The position numbers and the translations under genes were made by a program. A stretch of DNA of 64,000 nucleotides from the human T2T-CHM13v2.0 reference genome, Homo sapiens. Position 1 is the stretch's first letter. The number at the start of each line of letters is the position of its first letter. The notes beneath the pieces are model-generated. The model did not search any database. It was given only the letters and a program-made list of their open reading frames with translations, and was not told the DNA's origin. Location of the stretch: assembly GCF_009914755.1 (NCBI RefSeq), contig NC_060929.1. One strand, written 5' to 3'. Of the stretch, positions 13,589 through 26,559 are shown piece by piece.

Positions 13589-13759
13589 AAAAGACATCTA
13601 TACTAAAAATTATTGAGACTAATTGACCTATGACTTTGAAAGATTTAATCAATAAGAGTATTAATTTAAAGATAAAAAAGTAGCAACTAATACAAATAGG
13701 TAGTTAAAAGGTTTACTCAGGGCTTCTGTGGGATTTTATTGAGTAAGTCACAATGATGA

Positions 13760-13975
13760 TAATACAGTAATGACCCTTTATATAGAGTTTCCTTAGTGTT
13801 AGGCACACGTAACTCTCACAACCCCTGAGACACATGCTAAAGGATTCTCTCCATGGTATGTCTGAGGCAAAGCACAGGGTGGATAAGTGACTTGCGCAAG
13901 GTTACATAGCAAGTATGTGGTGGGGCCAGGCTTCAAACCCCAACAGCTGGGTCCAGAGTCAATGCTCCCTAGAAG
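13760..13975 (-). mobile_element. MIR SINE
   Basis: CTCACAACCCCTGAG...CTGAGGC...AAGTGACTTGCGCAAGGTTACATAGCAAGTA matches the reverse MIR core. Confidence 0.7.
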
Positions 13976-14369
13976 AGCAAACTACCAGGTATTCTCCAGA
14001 GGTACATTTGTCAGAGTCAAGCTTTGTGTGCAATGCCTTGTTATATCAGTTTTGGGGGTGGTTCCTCTGGAAGACGAAGGCTTCCATTTTGACTTTTGAT
14101 TGTCTGGGTAACCCTACCAGGCCTATCTGATATGTCCCCATTCTTCCTTTTCACTATCCTGTTGTCAAAATTTGTCAGTTTCATTTCTCAGTCTTCAAAA
14201 TTCTGACATTTGTGTGTTGGTTTTGATTAGCAAAGCCAGGCTTGATAACACATAACGTAATTGTTCTTAGATAGGTTATATCTGACAATGTATAATGTGC
14301 ATGTATCCACAGGGCCTTTAGCAAATAGTAATAGTAATAAAAGTAAATGATGAAGATTCCAGGATATGT

Positions 14370-14590
14370 TAGTAGCTAATATGTGTTAGGCACTTACTAT
14401 ATGAAATGAACTTCTTATACAGAATTTCTAATCCTTTGATCATATTAAGCTTGGTGTTATATGCTCATTTTGTAAGCGAAGAAGCAGGCCCAGCCACCAA
14501 CTTCCTTGCCCACAGTCACTAAGGTACAGCTTGGGCTTTGTGACTCCTGGATCCCTCTGGCCTTTGCTCTGGCTATCTTCCAGCTGCTAC
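14370..14590 (-). mobile_element. MIR SINE
   Basis: ATGTGTTAGGCACTT...CTCATTTTGTAAG...CTTGCCCACAGTCAC. Confidence 0.55.
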
Positions 14591-15274
14591 CATTGGGCTC
14601 CTGAGACATGGACCTTAATGTGCCTGGTCTGGGATTTGATCTGAGGTGGCCAGTAACCTCATAGAAGAGCACAGCTTGTCTTCTTTCCTCTCTCTCATTT
14701 TGTCTTAACATCCCAGAAATGTTGCCTGACTTAATCATTTTAGGTCTTTTAATTGTTTGGTTATACTTCTTTGGAATAGTTGCTATTATTGCTTTGAAAC
14801 TTCTATCACCATTTTAGATTTTCTTCTATGCTAGTTTTATGTAAACAATGAGTATAAGTGGACATATGTTATCTTTTTGTTTTGCATGAATGATTTGAAG
14901 CTTTCATATCTGAATTCAAAAATTGTTCAGACATCAAATCATTTCTAAGTAATGGAGTAACTACGGGGGTCCCTCCACCTGGGTGATGAGCGGCTGTTTT
15001 TAAAAGGGTAAATGTCATCTAAACTGCCCTTTCCCTCTCTCTGCCCTTCATGAATCCCTAATCCTGACTCTGACACTTCTCTTCCATGGCACATCTAACA
15101 AAATGCAGATTATTTTCTAAATGTTGCACCTGAGTGGAAACTGCGTGTACACACTGGTTAAATTTAACCAATGTCTGGGTCAGCACACTTTGATTGCGTG
15201 TGTGCTGAGCAGAATGTTGGGGTATGTTGGATAAGGAAAGAGCTTATTCCATTAGTATTTTAGTAAGATCACAC

Positions 15275-15322
15275 AGCTTATTTTATCTTATTTTATTTTA
15301 TTTTTTATTTGATTTTATTTTA
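15275..15322. repeat. Degenerate (TTTTA)n simple repeat
   Basis: TTATTTTATCTTATTTTATTTTATTTTTTATTTGATTTTATTTTA. Confidence 0.85.
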
Positions 15323-15920
15323 CACCTGTGCTACAATTATTAGTGCAGTAGGCTGGCCTACCCCTCAGGAATATTGAGGACATCTGACTGTTAATTTCTA
15401 TATGAAGAGAAAAAGAGGTGGCTCTGCATAAGATTATCCTAAAGTTCAGTAATCAAGTGCCCTGGGGATGCTCTTCTGTCCTCTTAGTCACTGCTCGCTC
15501 CCTCAAGCACCTGTTGTTTTTGTGTTCCCACTGAACTCTAAGTTCTAAAAAATCTGGGATCCCCCCAGCTTAGAGTATCTTTTCCAAGACTTTACTTCCC
15601 TTCTCACTCCTTGGCTTCTTAAAATTTGTCTCTTTCTGGCATTATTCCCTCCCCATATATTAGTCCCCTGGACTATAGCCTAGAAGCCTAATTATAAGGA
15701 TCTAGTGGGTGTAGAATCATGGGATACTAGAGTTGGAAGAAACATCAGAGATTATTCTAGCCCAGCCACTGAACAGATGAGAATTAGTCTTGGAGATATA
15801 AGGTGAATTGCCATGCTGGATCTTCACGCCAGGACGCCTCCGTTGAACCAGTTTATGTTAATCTTTCCATATTGAAAATGCCTTTATTTGCATTTTAACT
15901 GGGCCTTCAAGTGCTTAGAC

Positions 15921-16057
15921 CAGTGTTTCCTAAACTTGGCTAATCATTGAAATCACCCCCATCATGGTTCTGATTCTCTAAGCCTGAGCTGGGAATAGGA
16001 AACTATACTATTAACAGGCGCAGGTAATTGTAATAATTAGCATATGTTGGAAAACTG
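15921..16057. mobile_element. MER5-family hAT-Charlie MITE
   Basis: Termini CAGTGTTTCCTAAACTT and GTTGGAAAACTG; internal TTCTGATTC...CTGAGCTGGG. Confidence 0.6.
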
Positions 16058-16491
16058 CATTAAACGCAATGGCTGACTTAGTAGCATTGTAAATTCCAGC
16101 TACTAAGTAAGGCTAATGGACTGTGTAGTTTTAGGCAATTGAGTTTTTCTAGCTCAAATCAGTCCACTCAAGGAGGCCGGTGTTGATTGTAAAGCAGAAG
16201 GAACTCTCCCTTATTGAAAACTGGAAGTGCAGAAACAGTCCTTCAAACTCAGAAGACTCAAAATTAGTATTTGTTGACATAGAAAATATTAACATAATCA
16301 TGAAACTCGGTGAAAAATAAATGTCTTTCTGGGTGGCAGTAGAATCCCTGATAAAGAAGGGCCTATCTTTGTTTAGGACCATAAACTGGTAAAGGCATTT
16401 CAGAGAGAAGGAGACAAGGAAACTAGAGAGATTGCTAAATCACTCTCCATTAGAAAAGAATGGGAATTTGAGTCTGGGGAAGAACAGAGCA

Positions 16492-16535
16492 AAGAGGAGA
16501 GGAGAGAAGAGGAAGAGGAAGAGGAAGAGGAAAAG
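16492..16535. repeat. GA-rich (GAGGAA)n simple repeat
   Basis: AGAGGAGAGGAGAGAAGAGGAAGAGGAAGAGGAAGAGGAAAAG. Confidence 0.85.
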
Positions 16536-16954
16536 ACTAAACAATATAGTGACATGACAACAACCATATTGGACATCGTGCTTTATGTTTCATCTTTGGT
16601 TGTTTGTGTTGCTGCAGTATTAACACTTTTTTCCTCCTCAGACCTTTAGCAAAGTCAGCTTCATCCACAAAGGCATTGTATTGCTTTTTTGGACAAGAAA
16701 TAAGATGTACATCTAAATTCATATATGCAGAACCATCACAAAACATGTAGGACTGCAAGTAGATCAAACCAATTCAATGAGAGAAAGAGCTTGGATTGAG
16801 GGTATACATGGATTACAAGGTTGCCAGCATCCTGTGTATACAGACCATGCCCTTGTATTTTATGTTTTTTGTCCTGAAGCATGTGTTGACTTTGTCAGGA
16901 CGCCCTAAACATCTTAGATTCAGCCTTTTCTCAATGAAAGGCAAAACTCCTCTG

Positions 16955-17019
16955 TCAAACTATTTTTTCAAATTTAACTAGATGTCCTGTATTTTTATTT
17001 ACTACATCTGGCCACCCTA
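16955..17019. mobile_element. MER53-like hAT terminal fragment
   Basis: TCAAATTTAACTAGATGTCCTGTATTTTTATTTACTACATCTGGCCACCCTA resembles a MER53 arm. Confidence 0.55.
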
Positions 17020-17182
17020 CCAGAGAACCACAAGTGCCCTAGCAAATTTACAGAAATCTTGGCAAGGGCATTGGACTTTCCACAAGTTGTGAATGGGGTT
17101 TCAGAAAATCTTATCTAGATTATCTAGGGTGGGACGATTTCAGCTGACGTTGAGGTTGCAATGAAAACTGACCTGTCAAATC

Positions 17183-17355
17183 CAGTGTCTTCCAACCTTG
17201 ACTCACAGTAGAGTCATCTGGAAGCTTATAAAAAAATCACGTCAAGACCCCATTGTCAGGATTCTGGTTCATATATGCTGGTATGGGGCCAAGTCTCAGT
17301 ATTGTTAAAGTTTACCAGCAGATTCTAAAGTGGAAGCTAGGATTGAGAGTCACTG
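17183..17355. mobile_element. MER5A hAT-Charlie MITE
   Basis: Terminal inverted repeats CAGTGTCTTCCAACCTT and GGATTGAGAGTCACTG; typical internal GATTCTGGTTCA...GATTCTAA. Confidence 0.75.
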
Positions 17356-17629
17356 GTCTGGAGGCCACCCTTTATAAAGTCTTAGGCATATATAGCTGTG
17401 AGGGGCAAACATAAAAGACTGGAGGCTTGGGTGAAAGAGGGAGGAAATGAAGTCCAGTAAGGGGCTATTGTCTTTGGAGTGTAAATACCTGCTGGAAGGC
17501 TTGGACCTGGCCAGGCCTGAAATATTTGTCAATTAGAAACCTATCTCATTCTTTCTTGCTATGTAATTCTACAAAGAAAAGGAAAAAAAGTCAAGTGTCT
17601 TCTGCCCATCCCCCCAACCAACAACCCCA

Positions 17630-18031
17630 ATATTAGTCAGGGTTTAAATAAGAATAGACAAGTGGGAGTTATATATTAAGAGATTTATTGCATGGAACTG
17701 ACTTAATATGACTGTGGGAGCTGGTAAAGCAAGTTTGAAATCCATAGCGCTGGCCATCAGGAAGGGCAGGTTGGAACTCTTGGACATAAGCTGGTGCTGC
17801 TGTCTATAGGCAGACTGTCTCCTTCAGGGAATCCTTAGCTCTGCTGTTACAGCCTTTCAACAGACTGAATCAGGCCATTCAGATTATCCGGGATAATCTC
17901 CCTCACTTAAGGTCAACTGCTTCTGGATTTTTATCACATTTACCAAATACCTTCATAGCAACACCTAGATTAGTGTTAGATTGAACAACTTGGGACAATA
18001 GCTCATCCAAATGGATACATAAAACTATCAC
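17630..18031 (-). mobile_element. MLT2D-like ERVL LTR
   Basis: TATTAGTCAGGG...GAGATTTATTG...AAATACCTTCATAGCAACACCTAGATTAGTGTT...ACATAAAACTATCAC. Confidence 0.8.
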
Positions 18032-18674
18032 ATCCACACTTGTAATCACTTCCTAAAAGTCAGTTAGCTGCTAAACTGCAGCAATTCAAAGCAGAAAGAC
18101 AAAATACATTGAGGCAACCTGGCTAAGGTGACCTATTGTTTGTTACCATTCTCCAACCCGTGTGACCCAGGAATGACAGGGAAACTCAGGTGTGGCATCC
18201 TTTTTTTTTTTTTCACCTACAATTTGTGGTATTATTAGAAAGATGCCAGGGGAGAAAGACAAGAAAATGAGGGACAAAGAGCCAAGCTCCTATTCAGAGC
18301 CTGTGGATGAGAGAAGAGATGAGTGCAGGGAAGAAGATGGAGACCTATTTCTAATCTCTTCTGGGGAGATGTGTGTGAGGCTTAGTTTCTTTTAATTTAA
18401 AATGCACTTATGCTGCTGTTCTTAGTGCACAGGTGAATTAAATTGAGGTTGTGAATGTGATTTCTCTTGGAGTCATTTAGGTTTACTGCTTCACCAGAAC
18501 AGCTTTCACACTAACCCTGTGGAGTCCTCTTAAAACTGCCACAGCTCCTGGGTGTGGAGGAATGTAAACAGCTCAATCCCAAATCTATCTCTAATATTGG
18601 AGAAAGAAATATCTCTCTCACATTCACAGTCTCCCTATTATGTGCAGCCTGTGAAGAATGAAAAATGCCCTGGG

Positions 18675-18991
18675 GGATGGAGGATGGAGAGAAGCTGGTT
18701 AGGGAGCACCAAAGTACAGTTAGATAGAAGGAACAAATTCTAGTACTTGATAGTACAGTAGGGAAGTTAGAGTTAACAATAATTTATTGTATATTTAAAA
18801 ATAGCTAAAAGAGAAGATTTGTAATGTTCCCAACAGAAAGAAAAGATAAAAGCTTGAGGTGATGGATATCCCAGGTACCCTGATTTGATTGCTACACATT
18901 GTATACAGGTATCACAATATCACATGTACCCCTATAATATGCACAACTAATATTTATCAATTTTAAAATAGAATAATGAAAACTAAAAAAA
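18675..18991 (+). mobile_element. L1MA (about L1MA3-4) 3' UTR fragment
   Basis: CAGTTAGATAGAAGGAACAAATTCTAG...TGAGGTGATGGATATCCC...ATCACATGTACCCC; 15-bp TSD GAAAA(A/G)TGCCCTGGG at 18660-18674 and 18992-19006. Confidence 0.92.
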
Positions 18992-19376
18992 GAAAAGTGC
19001 CCTGGGCCAACAGTTCTGAAGCACCAATGCCTGTGATTGGCTCTGTCATCAGTTTCCTCACTGGTAAAATAGTGGAGTTGCTTAAATTGGAAAGTCTTTT
19101 CTGGCCTATTGGTTCCATGATTCTACATGGCAGTAGCTCTGCCCCATACGTGCTTAGGGTGGAGGGTGGCAGGGTGGTGAGTTGGCCCTTCAGATTTCCT
19201 GGGGTCCGGGGCTTGTGTTTGACAGAATTATGGTTGGAGAAGCTCCTATTCAGGATAGGAATGAATTTTAAGCCAACGAGTTTCAGCTTTACATTATATT
19301 TGAACAATAAAATTATTGTCCAAACTTGGCACACATCTGAGAGTGAAAGAGGATGTTCTTAAGAATTGTGCCTGAA

Positions 19377-19659
19377 ACAGAAAACCAAACACTGCATGTT
19401 CTCACTCATAAGTGGGAGTTGAACAGCGAGAACACGTGGACACAGGGAGTGGAACCTCACACGTTACCGGGGCCCGTCAGGGGGTGGGGGTAAGGGGAGG
19501 GAGAATATGAGGACAAACACCTAATGTGTATGGGGCTTAAAACCTAGATGACGGGTTGATAGGTGCAGCAAAGCACCATGGCACATGTATACCTATGAAA
19601 CAAACCTGCACGTTCTGCACATGTATCCCAAAACTTAAAGTAAAAAAAAAAAAAAAAAA
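19377..19659 (+). mobile_element. L1PA7/8 3' end fragment with poly(A)
   Basis: CAGAAAACCAAACACTGCATGTTCTCACTCATAAGTGGGAG...AACTTAAAGT(A)n; perfect 16-bp TSD AAGAATTGTGCCTGAA at 19361-19376 and 19660-19675. Confidence 0.96.
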
Positions 19660-21346
19660 AAGAATTGTGCCTGAACCATGCATATAAATTGAAACAGTCT
19701 TGGGTGAACTGAAACTCAAGGTGACCTTGAATGAAGGCAACAGGGACTCTTGGAACCATTTTAATTAGGAAAATGATTCCTTTTCTTTCAGATTACTTCG
19801 ATAATTTAACTAAAAATGTGTACTGGATGTTAATCTATGTTGAAATGTGGCAAAGCAAAGTATACTTCCTAGTTTTGCTGAAGGTAGATTCATCTACTGC
19901 CAAATATTAAATAAGTAGAGGAAGAGGAGAGACCAGAGGCAAGGAGACCAGTAAGAGACGACCAAAATAATCCAGGCAAGAGACAATGAGGGGTGGATTA
20001 GTTTGGGAAAAAGCCTGAGAAGGAAAAATGAAACCTGCTCAAGCCATTCAGATTATCATTGTTTACACTGTAAGTGATGAAGAAACAAAGAAGTGTCTGA
20101 TTTGGTGGTTATTAAAAAAGTGACTTAAATGTAGTGACTTTAAATGTAGGGTTTCATTCTGTATAGTCATTTATTGCTCAGCAGCACAAAGAAGGCATCA
20201 ACTCTCTGAACCTTGAGATTCTGCTCTTGGTTTTTCTCAAAACAGAACCACTTGGTAGCTTTCTCAGCTAAATGCCCTGTCTTATAGCCAGGCCCGTCTG
20301 AGAGATGAATTGAATAAATGTCTCTGGAGATATTTGGTCTTGGGATTGTATCATTAGGGCTTATAAAGCATGTCTAATTTACTTAATGGATTATAATGTC
20401 TTGGAAATGGCTATAATGATCTATTTACACTGAATGCCTGAGTGCACAGACCATTTGTATAAATAAGAAAATGTTCCCTGCTGTCAAGATGTTTTTTTGT
20501 CTATAGATCAGTTACCTGATGCCCTTAGTCTATATTGTTAATTTGGGTAGTGATTATATCCTGCATATTATAAATCTTCAAGTAATCATTATGCACAGCA
20601 GCTGCTTGGGTCTTTGCTATTTTTACCCAGCTATGAAACCCAGCCTGCAGTATCTCATTTTAAGACAGGAAGTGATATGGAGGAGTCCAAAAGAGCATTC
20701 CTGGACCTATTTTATGGGCAGTGTTGAACATGACCTGAAGCACATGTATGTTCTTTTATTTTTCTGGAAATAAATAAAAATACTTAGGCTCCAATATAGT
20801 CAATGCTAAGAGCACATGAGTACATTTGTCTATTTGTTGTATGTACCCACACCTTAAACCTCCACTGATATGATGGGCATGCCACAAAAGGCATCCTGAC
20901 CTAACTGGAGATTTGTTTATTCCAATACCCTTGAATCCACTGCTGATTGCATTAGACCTCTGGACATTTGTCATTCATGCCATTTTCTTCTCCCATTTTC
21001 TCTTGCTGGTAGCATTCATTGTTAATAATTGACTCATTTGCTTATTTATACCCTTTCTTGTTTCAAAAGAGTCTTAATTTTGTTTTTATAGATGCATATT
21101 ATAAAGAACAAATAAATTTAAGAAATGCAAGCAAAGGGAAAGTAAAGTAGGAAAATCAATGAAGGCAAAAGTGAGGTTAGTCCATATAAGGTATATCATA
21201 AAGTCCTATACTATGATCGGCTGTGGGCTGCAATTTGGGCCTTATATATTTTAAAAATCAACTGGAAAGGGGAAGGATTACCTGAACAAGCTTCACAGAA
21301 TTCATTCAGTAAAATGAAACTAGTCAAATAAGTGAAACACAATTAT

Positions 21347-21510
21347 TTCTTTTTTCTCTTTCTCTCTCTTTAGAGACAGGGTCTTGCTCTGGAGTGCAGT
21401 GGCTCAATCACAGCTCACTGCAGCCTAGACATTCTGTGTTGAAACGATCTTCCAACTAAACCTCCTGGGTAGCTAAGACTACAGGCATGAGCCACCATGC
21501 CTGGCTAATT
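21347..21510 (-). mobile_element. FRAM / AluJ right-arm monomer
   Basis: T/CT tail, then GAGACAGGGTCTTGCTCT...CACAGCTCACTGCAGCC...GAGCCACCATGCCTGGCT; only one arm present. Confidence 0.85.
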
Positions 21511-21869
21511 TAAATTTCTTACACTAAACTCATAAAAGAAAATTCCCCTTGTGTCCTCATAGACAGGACACCTTTTGATAAAAGGCAACTTTGACAACAT
21601 TCTTACCTCTCGTTATTGATAAATTAGCTGCTTTACTTGCCATATAGTTTCTGAGTAATTCTTGTCATTTCCTAGTCTCTATTAGGACCCCCACATCTGC
21701 GCCCACGGAGACTTGGTGTTGAGACTGGTTGGCCCTTGGTAATTTTTTCCAACTCTTTTGCTTCCCCATGAACCTACAATGCCTTTTATTTTTCCATGAA
21801 CATCTACAGTTTCTTTTAGTGTTCCCTACTCCCTAGGCTGGGTGATTGTCTTAGATGACCTTTGCAGAA

Positions 21870-22350
21870 TGTATTAATTCCCTATAGCTGCTATAACAAA
21901 GTAGAAAAACTCAGTAACTTAATCCGAATTTATTATCTTACAATTCTGGAGATTGGAAGTCCAAAATGGGTTTCCTTGTGCTAAACTCAAGGTGTATCAG
22001 GTAGGTCTTGGAGGCTCCAGGGGAGAATCTGGTTCCTTGCCCTTGCCAGTTTCTCAAGGCGGGCTGCATTCCTTGGCCTTCTTCCAGCAGTCAAATCACT
22101 TCGATAGACCTCTGCTCCATCATCATAACTCCTCTGACTCTGTCTTTCCTGCCTCCCTCTTTCACTTATAAGAAGCCTTTGATTACATTTGGCCCCAACT
22201 AGATAATCAAGGACAATCCTCCATCTTAACTCTCTTAATCACATTGGTAAAGTTTCTTTTGCCATGTGAGATGCCATATTCACAGATTCCTGGATTAGGA
22301 TGTGGACATCTTGAGGTAGGGTGAGGATGAGCATTATTCTGCTTCCTACA
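21870..22350 (-). mobile_element. MLT1C/D-like MaLR solo LTR
   Basis: TGTATTAATT...GCTGCTATAACAAA...GGATTAGGATGTGGACATCT...CATTATTCTGCTTCCTACA; TSD CAGAA / CACAA. Confidence 0.85.
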
Positions 22351-22377
22351 CACAAGAATTAAGAACTGGAGGAATGG

Positions 22378-23150
<773 letters not shown>

Positions 23151-23384
23151 GGGCTAGGGGGCAGACATCTGGTACCCTTTTCTTTCAGTCTGTCCGTAAG
23201 CACTGGCTGTCAATACAGTGAAGAATAAAAGGCTTCTGTGTGTATGTGCTGGGGACAAGAGTGGGGAAATGGGGGTAGAAGCAACTGATTTTCACTTTGG
23301 TAGGATTTTCTCAAGGAATAGGCTTGAAAAGATTTTCAGCCACTTGGAAAGGGCAGGTTTATTTTTATGAAACTGGATAGATGA

Positions 23385-23610
23385 ATCCTTCTCTCTGCTC
23401 TTTCATGCTAATCCTCAATCCTCCTTGCCTCTGCTTCCTCTTCCGCTTTGTCTTCCCTTCCCTCCCTCTCCTTTTCCCTCACTCCCCTCTTTCTTTCCTC
23501 TCTCTTCTATTTCTCACTCCCCACTTCGTTTCCACCTTTCCTCTCCATGCTGTCTCTCTCTCCTCCTTCCTTCCCAATAGCTTCCCCCACTCCCTTGCCC
23601 TTTTCTTGCA
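23385..23610. repeat. CT-rich low-complexity polypyrimidine tract
   Basis: About 220 bp, overwhelmingly C/T on the + strand. Confidence 0.9.
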
Positions 23611-23630
23611 TTCATTTCTACAAACACTGC

Positions 23631-23740
23631 TTTTGTGAGTCAACAGGCACATTCTCATAAGCAGTGGTTGCCTGTGACTGGCTGCTTTTATGAATCAGCA
23701 GGCATATTCTCATAAGCAGTGGTTGCTGGTGACTGGCTGT
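23631..23740. repeat. Tandem duplication, 55-bp unit, two copies
   Basis: 23631-23685 vs 23686-23740, 48/55 identical; shared core ATTCTCATAAGCAGTGGTTGC. Confidence 0.95.
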
Positions 23741-24384
23741 TTCCTTCTTGCTCACTTTGCCTATCAGGTGATAGGCATTGATCCCTTGCAGTGTTCTCAA
23801 GACGAGGGGCCTCAGAATTATTTTGTTAGCACCTGTTTTTAATCTTCTGTCCTAAGAATCATTTTCGGGACCTCTCCTAGGACCCAAATCAATATGTGGT
23901 ATTGAACCCACCTTAAGCTCAGTTATCTGGATTCCTCTGTACCATTGATTCCCTGACATTTCCCTGGACACTCCAGAGTGTCTTTTATTTTTGTTTTTTT
24001 TTGCAAGGCCAATTCTCTGGGGTCAATTGTGAGGCTCAAATATAAGGCTCTGCACAACCAAAGATCGTATCTCTGATTCTCAAATAAAAGAAGCATGCAG
24101 TATAAAATTGTGTGCCGAGACTGTAACCATTGTTCAACTATCATTGTCTACACGCTTCGGGTTTAGACTCTTCGCTGAGGAGAAATGAGGAAAATATTTT
24201 TCATGAAATATGAGCTTCTGATGGAAAGAAATTGAAGCTTTAAACGCGATTCGACTTACTCAGATTTTTTTGTTTGATAATTCATAGGTAAATTGGTCGA
24301 TTCATTTTGGGACCTTAGGAATGGAGCACTGGATGAGTCATCCCCTCAGCACTAGTACTGCTATTGGTCTGAAGCCTCCAGGGA

Positions 24385-24620
24385 GAGGCAGCACAGCACA
24401 GACTCCCAATTAGATTTCCTGGGTTTCAGTCCTGGCCCAACCACGTTCTTGCTGTGTGACGTTGGGCATTACTTAATCACTTTGTGCCTCAGTTTCCTCA
24501 GCTGTAAAATAGGAATTATAATGGTATTTGCCTCCCAGAACTGTTGAGAGAATTAAATAAGCCAATGGAAAGTGCTTAAAACCATGCCAGGTACCACAAA
24601 AGAACTTCAAAGGTTTACTC
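24385..24620 (+). mobile_element. MIR SINE
   Basis: GCTGTGTGACGTTGGGCA...ACTTAATCACTTTGTGCCTCAGTTTCCTCAGCTGTAAAATAGG. Confidence 0.85.
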
Positions 24621-24659
24621 ATCTTTTTCTTTTATTCCCTCCTTCCTTCCTGATAGCCG

Positions 24660-25265
24660 CTTCCATAGGCATCTGTTTCTAATACGTTTGTGTTCTTTAT
24701 TATGTATATGTTCTTCTAAAATATGTCTGTGTGTTTGGCTTGATTTAAATTATACATTTTGTTGTTTTTTTTTTTTCACCCAGTACTGAATTTTTGAGAT
24801 GTATCGAGTTGGCTATATTTGCATCTAGTTCATTGCTTCCACCTGCCTCATAGCACCCTTATAGTGTATGTCTATTCTATTTACTTGGCCATTGACCTAG
24901 TGATGGTCACCTAAGTTGCCTCCAACTTCCTCCACAGACAATTCCATGACAAGTTCAAGAAGTGGGATCACTGGCCCACAGGGTATTCACAAACTTACCA
25001 TGACTCTGCCAGGTCATTTTCCAGTATGATTGTAGCAGTTTATACTCTTACCAACAGAGGACAAGAGCTCCTGATTTAATGTAACTTCCCTATCACCAGA
25101 CATTAAGTACTTGTTCTCATTTGATGGAACGTGGTATTTTTTAAAAAAATTAAAAGAGGAAATTGTATTAAATTTCAATTCTCTGATAGTTTGTGGGGTT
25201 GTACAGCTGTTCTTTTGTTTTTTCAGCTAACAGATTTCCTCTTCTGTGTATTATTCATGTACTGT
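24660..25265 (-). mobile_element. L1ME 3' region fragment
   Basis: TTTTTGAGATGTATC...TCTAGTTCATTGCTT...GTGATGGTCACCTAAGTTG...AGTGGGATCACTGG...GCAGTTTATACTCTTACCAACAG. Confidence 0.7.
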
Positions 25266-25269
25266 GAGC

Positions 25270-25790
25270 TTCCACTTTCAGGTATGATTGAGTGCCTGCA
25301 GCTGACTAATGCTCCCACCAAGGGGTAAAGGGTTTAGAAAAGCCAGATTAAAAAAGAAATATGTTTAAAGGCATAATGCAACTTCTGAGGCAATCAGTAC
25401 TTAAGGGGACAAAATCCCAGCAAAAGGGGAGATTTGTCAGTGTTCTGCAGCAGCTTTTATCCTTGGGGCATTTGGCAGTTCTAGGTGTGGGGCAAGAGGT
25501 TGACATCTGGGAACATGTTCTTGCCCAGAGCTGTTGCTAAGAGGGGGAATAACCAGCAGAGTCTAGTGGGGCTTGAAAGGCAAAACCTAGAGCCTTGAGG
25601 GGTCAGAATCCTTTGAGAAGGGAGGGGTGGAAAACTGAACCCAACATACTGCCAGCTTCCCCCTCAAGACATTTGTTGAATACTGGTGCTAAGTGGGCAG
25701 GAGGCTAAGAAAATTGCTAAAAAATTAGGGTGGAATTGTCACCAGACCTGCAGGCTGAGAAGACAAGGATTAGTGTTCTAGACACAAAGT
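25270..25790 (+). mobile_element. Probable ancient L1M 5' UTR remnant
   Basis: CTTCCACTTTCAGG...ACTAATGCTCCCAC...TAGAAAAGCCAGAT resembles old L1M 5' ends. Confidence 0.4.
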
Positions 25791-26208
25791 GGGAGGGAGT
25801 GGGGGGAGGGAAAGAGAGAGATGTGATGGATACACACACCTTCGATGAGGCAGGTGGAAGTAATGAACCAGATGCAAATATAGCCAACTCAGTACATTTG
25901 AAAAATAAGAAACAGAACAAAATTTATAACCTAAAATTAAGTGTTTGTGTAGGTTTTGAAGGCTGTTTTATCTTGTAGGAACATTGATTTTCTTATTTGC
26001 TGTTGCCTAGTTTAATAGTTCATGCTTGATATTTTGAAGGCCCAAAGTCAAACTGCATTATTGATTTTTGATGTTTTATCTACATTTATACATTGGATTA
26101 TGAAACTGATGCTTTTTTTTGAGCTTTTGTTACTTATTTAACAAATGCTTATTTTTGATCAAGCATCAATAATATAGAGACTCCGTGTTGGAGGCAAGCT
26201 GATGTTTA

Positions 26209-26559
<351 letters not shown>

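Noticed and set aside
18192-18395. Charged 67-aa ORF (MPGEKDKKMRDKEPSS...)
   Set aside because: The composition follows from purine-rich DNA; no recognisable domain and no convincing splice sites.
18963-19362. Antiparallel 123-aa and 128-aa ORFs
   Set aside because: They begin or end in an L1 tail and show no domain signal.
23631-23740. Direct repeats (also 3006-3076) as CRISPR-like arrays
   Set aside because: Only two head-to-tail copies with no unique spacers and no cas genes, in a primate genomic context.
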